Below are positions 55,446 to 60,134 of a stretch of 60,134 bases of DNA, in pieces. The number at the start of each line of letters is the position of its first letter. The first letter of the stretch is position 1. The stretch is from NCBI GenBank assembly GCA_038211855.1, contig JBBQVE010000009.1, positions 1-60,134 of the forward strand. The letters run 5' to 3'. The notes beneath the pieces are model-generated. The model had not been told where the DNA came from and searched no databases. It was given only the letters and a program-made list of their open reading frames with translations. The stretch comes from Candidatus Saccharimonadales bacterium. Lineage in GTDB: Bacteria; Patescibacteriota; Saccharimonadia; Saccharimonadales; SZUA-47. The position numbers and the translations under genes are program-made.

Positions 55446-56050
55446 ATGAAAACACGCCGACTCACTGCATTAGTCACTTCCGGTCTCCTCACCGCTTGCT
55501 CTGCGAGCGGCAGACCGTCTGATGCACCGACGACGTTCGAGGGCGAACCAACCTCCACAACCTTTCTCCATACTATTTTGCCGCCCGCGCCAGCTCCTGT
55601 AGAAACAACGCTCGCTGACGCAACAACCGAGACCGCTACTCCAATAAGCACGAGCGCACTGACCGGCTTCGCCACCGTCGAGTCGGTGCCAGTTGCATGC
55701 GACACACACACTATACAGAGTTCACGGCTACCGGTGACCTAGCTGCTAATCCTGATTCAAAATATCAGGATACGTGGACAAAAGGCGATGTTGTCACCTT
55801 GATAGATGTGCCGGTCTCAGCCAAAGTGATCGTCGCCTTTTATTTTCAAGGCTGGCATGACAGCGCACCGCTACCCGATGGTGTCCATAAAATTGCCTTA
55901 AAAATCGGACATAATGATGCCCGCTTCGGCTTTAAAGCTCACTACGACAATCTACCTAACCCTGCCCTATGTGATCAACAGATTCAGATTGAGCCGCAAC
56001 CAACACCAGTTGCAGAATTCACATCGTCCGACTATGCACCGCAATGGTAA
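55446..56050 (+). pseudogene. lipoprotein gene split into two frames at an (AC)5 tract (pseudogene, phase-variable gene or assembly error)
   Basis: ORF A (55446-55742) encodes signal peptide and lipobox MKTRRLTALVTSGLLTAC plus a Thr/Pro-rich linker. ORF B (55697-56050) encodes a globular part of about 110 aa. Removing one AC unit joins them into an ORF of about 200 aa. Confidence 0.5.
55702..55711 (+). repeat. dinucleotide repeat (AC)5 at the frame junction
   Basis: gcg-acacacacac-tat, read directly from the sequence. Confidence 0.95.
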
Positions 56051-56061
56051 CAACTTAAGTT

Positions 56062-58026
56062 TTATTGTTTGGCTTTTATCTCAGCAATCGTATCACGCAA
56101 ATCAGCGGCTTTCTCGAATTCGAGATTAGCAGCTGCAAAGTCCATTTGTTTTTCGAGGTCTTTAATTAGATGTCCGTACTCTTCTTTTGGAACTTTACGT
56201 AGGTCAATGTGCTTTTTACGGTCAGTGGCTGATTCTTCATGGTTCATACGGTCAGAAATTTTCTTCTGAACACCGGTCGGGGTGATGTGGTGTTTGATGT
56301 TGTGAGCTTCTTGAATGGCGCGCCGACGATTGGTTTCATCGATGGCGATTTTCATGCTCCCAGTAATGTGGTCGCCGTACATAATCACGTGACCAGTTTC
56401 ATGTCGGGCCGCGCGACCAATCGTCTGAATCAGGGCTGGCGCACTACGCAGAAAGCCCTCTTTGTCGGCGTCCAAAATCGCTACTAAAGAGACTTCCGGT
56501 AAGTCTAGGCCTTCGCGAAGTAGGTTAATGCCAATCAGGATGTCGTAGACGCCGAGGCGAAGGTCACGCAGAATATCGGTCCGTTCCAGAGTTTCGACAT
56601 CGCTATGCAGGTAAGCGACTTTCATGCCAAGTTCCTGTAGATACTCTGTTAAATCCTCACTCATGCGTTTTGTCAGCGTCGTGACGAGCACGCGCTCATG
56701 CTTGGCAACGGTCAAACGGATTTCGGCGATGAGGTCATCTACCTGATCGGTAGTCGGACGAACTTCGATTGGTGGGTCTAATAGGCCAGTCGGACGAATC
56801 ACCTGCTGAATAGGTTCGGGGCTGCGGCTCAACTCATACTGGGCAGGTGTGGCGCTCACATAAACGACCTGATTCACGTGGCGTTCAAATTCCGTAAAAG
56901 TTAATGGGCGGTTATCGAGCGCACTTGGCAAACGGAAGCCATACTCCACCAACACCTCTTTGCGGGCTCGGTCACCGTTATACATTCCCCGAATCTGTGG
57001 CATGGTCATGTGACTTTCGTCAACCATCATCAGGAAGTCGTCAGGAAAATAATCAAGTAATGTGGCCGGTTGCTCGCCCGGTTCACGGTCAGTAAGATAG
57101 CGGCTATAGTTCTCAATTCCTTTTACGAAGCCTGTTTGTTCAAGCATTTCTAGGTCAAAACGGGTACGTTGCTGCAGTCGTTGGGCCTCAAGCAGCTTAT
57201 TGACACTGTTGAACTCTTTGACGCGGTCATCAAGTTCAAACTGGATCTTACCGAGGGCGACCTTGAGTTTGTCGTAGGGGGTGACGTAGTGGCTGGAGGG
57301 ATAAATCGTCACTTCTTCGGGACGACCCAAAACTTCGCCAGTAAGAGGCTCTAATTTTGTAATGCGCTCAACTTCATCACCGAAGAATTCGATGCGATAA
57401 GCGATTTCTTCAGAGGCAGGAAACACGTCAACGACTTCACCACGCACCCGGAAGGTGCCGCGGTGAAAATCTATATCGTTCCGCTGATACTGAATATCTG
57501 TTAATTGACGAATAAACTTGTCGCGGACTTTACGGCTTTTCACTTTAATTGTCTGCGAAAGATCAGCGTAATCACTTGGCGAGCCGATGCCGTAAATGCA
57601 GCTGACACTGGCAATAATGATCACATCCTGACGACTTAGTAGCGCGTCGGTGGCTGCGTGACGCAAGCGGTCGATTTCTTCGTTAATATCACTGTCTTTT
57701 TCGATGTATGTATCGGAACGAGCGATATAAGCTTCTGGCTGATAGTAATCGAAGTAGCTGACAAAGTAATGCACGGCATTATTCGGGAAAAAGCGTTTGA
57801 ACTCTTCATACAACTGCGCCGCCAACGTCTTGTTGTGGCTCACTACCAAAGTTGGACGCTGCACATTTTGAATCACGTTTGCCATCGTAAACGTCTTACC
57901 AGATCCGGTTACCCCGAGTAACGTCTGCTCTTTTTCGCCAGATAAAATATTTTTGGTAAGCGCAGCAATCGCCTTTGGCTGATCACCGGTCGGTTCATAG
58001 TCAGAAGAGAGCTCAAACTTTGTCAT
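56062..58026 (-). CDS. uvrB: excinuclease ABC subunit B
   Basis: 654 aa with [14 protein letters not shown], helicase motifs and a C-terminal UVR domain (FEKAADLRD). Confidence 0.97.
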   Translation of the reverse strand: MTKFELSSDYEPTGDQPKAIAALTKNILSGEKEQTLLGVTGSGKTFTMANVIQNVQRPTLVVSHNKTLAAQLYEEFKRFFPNNAVHYFVSYFDYYQPEAYIARSDTYIEKDSDINEEIDRLRHAATDALLSRQDVIIIASVSCIYGIGSPSDYADLSQTIKVKSRKVRDKFIRQLTDIQYQRNDIDFHRGTFRVRGEVVDVFPASEEIAYRIEFFGDEVERITKLEPLTGEVLGRPEEVTIYPSSHYVTPYDKLKVALGKIQFELDDRVKEFNSVNKLLEAQRLQQRTRFDLEMLEQTGFVKGIENYSRYLTDREPGEQPATLLDYFPDDFLMMVDESHMTMPQIRGMYNGDRARKEVLVEYGFRLPSALDNRPLTFTEFERHVNQVVYVSATPAQYELSRSPEPIQQVIRPTGLLDPPIEVRPTTDQVDDLIAEIRLTVAKHERVLVTTLTKRMSEDLTEYLQELGMKVAYLHSDVETLERTDILRDLRLGVYDILIGINLLREGLDLPEVSLVAILDADKEGFLRSAPALIQTIGRAARHETGHVIMYGDHITGSMKIAIDETNRRRAIQEAHNIKHHITPTGVQKKISDRMNHEESATDRKKHIDLRKVPKEEYGHLIKDLEKQMDFAAANLEFEKAADLRDTIAEIKAKQ

Positions 58027-58049
58027 CTACTCATTGTAACAGATACGAA

Positions 58050-58667
58050 TCAGCCAGTATGTACAGAAGTATCTTCTTTGTCGACATCGAGGAACCAATG
58101 TTGCACATAATCCTTAGCATTGACATCTGCAAGGTCTTTGTCGAGCGCGGCTACAATCTTTTGCACGAGTCTTTCTGGGTCGGAATCCATAATAATAATG
58201 CCTTTTGGCTTCTCGTTAATCCGCTCTAAAAGTTCGGGAATTAAATCAGCCGTGCCACCACTACCAATTAAAATACCGCATGGTTTACCTTTTTCGAAGG
58301 CGGTCGTAAATTCGTGCAGACTCCCAAAGCGGCCACCGACAGTAATGACTGCATCGCAGGACTGTACCAAAAACACATCGCGACCGACGTAGTGCATACC
58401 AGTAAAGCTCACAAAATCATAAACGCCAAGTGGCAATCGGTATTTGTACATGTGTTCACGAAGTGAATCTGCAGGTGAAAACCCTATACTGACACCACCA
58501 GCTTCTTTGGCGGCTCGAGCGGCATAATAGGGCAACCCAACCGTGGCACCAGTGACGGTCATGTGACCAGATTTGGCAATTGCGACGCCGAGACGCTCAG
58601 CTAAGCCGTGGGCAGTCTTAACGGTGTCACCTGCCGCCGCACCCGATACGCAAATTGAGTAATTCAC
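58050..58667 (-). CDS. TIGR00725/LOG-like (SLOG superfamily) Rossmann-fold protein
   Basis: 205 aa containing ICVSGAA...TGATVGLPYYAARAAKEAGG.SIGFSP...VGGRFGSLHEF. It has a C-terminal extension of about 40 aa. Confidence 0.65.
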   Translation of the reverse strand: MNYSICVSGAAAGDTVKTAHGLAERLGVAIAKSGHMTVTGATVGLPYYAARAAKEAGGVSIGFSPADSLREHMYKYRLPLGVYDFVSFTGMHYVGRDVFLVQSCDAVITVGGRFGSLHEFTTAFEKGKPCGILIGSGGTADLIPELLERINEKPKGIIIMDSDPERLVQKIVAALDKDLADVNAKDYVQHWFLDVDKEDTSVHTG

Positions 58668-58694
58668 TGTGTTACAACCATATTATTCTTATGC

Positions 58695-59927
58695 TTAATC
58701 ATACATGAATTCATGCTGATTGTCTGTTAATTTGTATATATGTCGTTCCAAAATGCTGCTAAATGGTGGCACTTCCAGATAGCGGACAACCAACTCGTCC
58801 CAAATCATGTCGTGCAGAAAGCGCTTACCCGACTCGGCAAAATCTCGCTCGTAAAGTGTATTAAGGCAGACATCAATTAAATGGAGCGAAACAGCCCGTG
58901 TTTCGCTCGCAAATCCGACTAGATGTGTACCGACCCAAAAAGCCAGCCGTTCGTCTATGCCAGCCAGCGAAGCCTCGATTGCCGTCCATTCCAAGTCGTC
59001 TTTATTGACGTGTGGCTCTAAATAACTGCGCCCATCCGGACTACGCGCAAAAACGCGGTGGATGTGGTGCCAATAAATACGCTGATCCTGAATCGACAAC
59101 ATATGAATTCGACCTTCGGTGGCCAGGGCGCGTACATGCAGATGCAGATTACTGTCAAGCGACAGGAATTTAAGATAGCTGGCGTGTTCTTTGAGGCGGC
59201 GCATTTCATGCAAAATCAGGGCGGCGACAAGTAGCGCCAAGGTCACCGTATGTGCTGTGTCGGCCGGAATAATGACAATAGCGTTTGCCTCTGGAATGCT
59301 GTACACAGGTACGGTGCGTAATCTAAGATATTTTTTGATGATGGACCAACGCTCTGGCGCAAACTGCACAAACTCAATCTTGGACAGCTCAAAATCAGAT
59401 GATTCGAGCCGCTTGACCGAAGTCGCCAGCGATTGCTGATAGCGTGGTCCTTCGATAAGTAGTGCGGCAGCGTAAATACTGGCTGGCGACTCGCGCTTCA
59501 GCATCGATGTTGCGCTCCGGTAGCGCAAAGCTTTCATGGTCTTGTGTGGGATATGATCGGCTAGCAACTTTTTGAGCGTCGTGCGCTTAAGAGACCAGAT
59601 CTCTGGCACCAACGGGCTCTTCGAAAAGTAGCGCGCTAGTTTCTGAATCGTCACCACCGATGTTGCTGACGCTCCGATTTTGAGAGTTTCACAGAGATAT
59701 TGGTTATCCTGTATGGCACGTCCGGCCAATCCGTGATACAGCTCTTCTGCGGTTGTATCATCTGGATCAAGGCCCAATTCTTTAATTTTGCCTGCTAAGG
59801 CCACCCGAATTTCGGCCGCTAAACGAACATCCACGCCTGGCTTCGCTGCAGCGTTTTCAAAAGAAGTTATAAGCTGACTGAACTGCGGTTCGATCGCACC
59901 AAGTAAAACGGAAAGATATTTTGACAT
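58695..59927 (-). CDS. hypothetical protein, 410 aa
   Basis: Long ATG-initiated ORF with no recognisable motifs. It is the first gene next to the IS30 copy at the right end of the window. Confidence 0.55.
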   Translation of the reverse strand: MSKYLSVLLGAIEPQFSQLITSFENAAAKPGVDVRLAAEIRVALAGKIKELGLDPDDTTAEELYHGLAGRAIQDNQYLCETLKIGASATSVVTIQKLARYFSKSPLVPEIWSLKRTTLKKLLADHIPHKTMKALRYRSATSMLKRESPASIYAAALLIEGPRYQQSLATSVKRLESSDFELSKIEFVQFAPERWSIIKKYLRLRTVPVYSIPEANAIVIIPADTAHTVTLALLVAALILHEMRRLKEHASYLKFLSLDSNLHLHVRALATEGRIHMLSIQDQRIYWHHIHRVFARSPDGRSYLEPHVNKDDLEWTAIEASLAGIDERLAFWVGTHLVGFASETRAVSLHLIDVCLNTLYERDFAESGKRFLHDMIWDELVVRYLEVPPFSSILERHIYKLTDNQHEFMYD

Positions 59928-60062
59928 GCCACCCTTTGCTGCTACAAGGGTACCGTATCTTGCTTATGCCTGTAAAGAAAATTCTGAATATGCCCTAAAC
60001 TTAAATATGAAGTGCGAAAAACAGCGCAGCTGTTTGTAGTAAATTTGTTACTCTGTTGGCTT

Positions 60063-60134
60063 ATGAGTAAGTACAGACATTTAATGCGGGTAGAGCGTAT
60101 AGAAATTGGCATATTGTTACGTAAAGGCTATTCG
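60063..60134 (+). mobile_element. IS30-family transposase, N-terminal 24 codons (continues beyond the window)
   Basis: MSKYRHLMRVERIEIGILLRKGYS resembles the N-terminal HTH region of IS30-family transposases (HLTxxERxxIxxLLxxGxS). Confidence 0.6.

Noticed and set aside
60018-60035. Hairpin AAACAGC-gca-GCTGTTT just upstream of the right-hand IS30 copy.
   Set aside because: It is a short 7-bp stem with no adjacent gene to terminate on the plus strand. It could be an IS target or an insulating terminator, but there is no way to support either from sequence alone.
1-60134. Alternative genetic code (UGA recoding, as in some candidate phyla).
   Set aside because: Conserved proteins end where expected. 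UGA functions as a stop at coupled junctions (for example TGATG at 50509-50513), and no conserved protein in the ORF track needs UGA read-through to reach full length.

Overview
This is a gene-dense (about 93% coding) bacterial chromosomal segment, with nearly all genes on the minus strand. It uses the standard genetic code: UGA serves as a stop, for example at the ORF 50511-50915 / gatB junction. The core is housekeeping and conserved. On the minus strand it runs tig-clpP, rpoB-rpoC, rpsL-rpsG-fusA...tuf, hisS, tRNA-Leu, rsmD, recG, tyrS, nusA, clpC...radA-yacL, yraN/rplS, pilB, dnaE, galU, gatC-gatA...gatB and uvrB. On the plus strand are a class A PBP, pepN, a malic enzyme, a TrmH-family methyltransferase and a CAP-domain protein. 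Firmicute-like synteny (clpC-radA-yacL, tig-clpP, DUF948+YtxH, gatCAB), compaction with 1-4 nt gene overlaps, and a lone type IV pilus ATPase fit a reduced-genome, Gram-positive-like lineage such as Patescibacteria/Saccharibacteria. That placement is inference only.

The window starts inside the 3' end and stops inside the 5' end of IS30-family transposase genes.

The items most worth follow-up are:
- A cohesin-like membrane anchor plus a CBM/FN3 protein with a duplicated dockerin-like tail, inserted between fusA and tuf.
- Two 31-nt identical CIRCE-type operators overlapping the promoters of apparently leaderless clpP and clpC.
- A translationally coupled, membrane-anchored ORF with a HEPN-like RNxxxH motif inside gatCAB.
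- A HerA/FtsK-like ATPase coupled to a Cys-rich repeat protein, divergent from a lipoprotein gene that is split in an (AC)5 tract.
- A TyrRS whose HIGH signature reads AVGN.

No CRISPR array, rRNA gene or prophage was seen.
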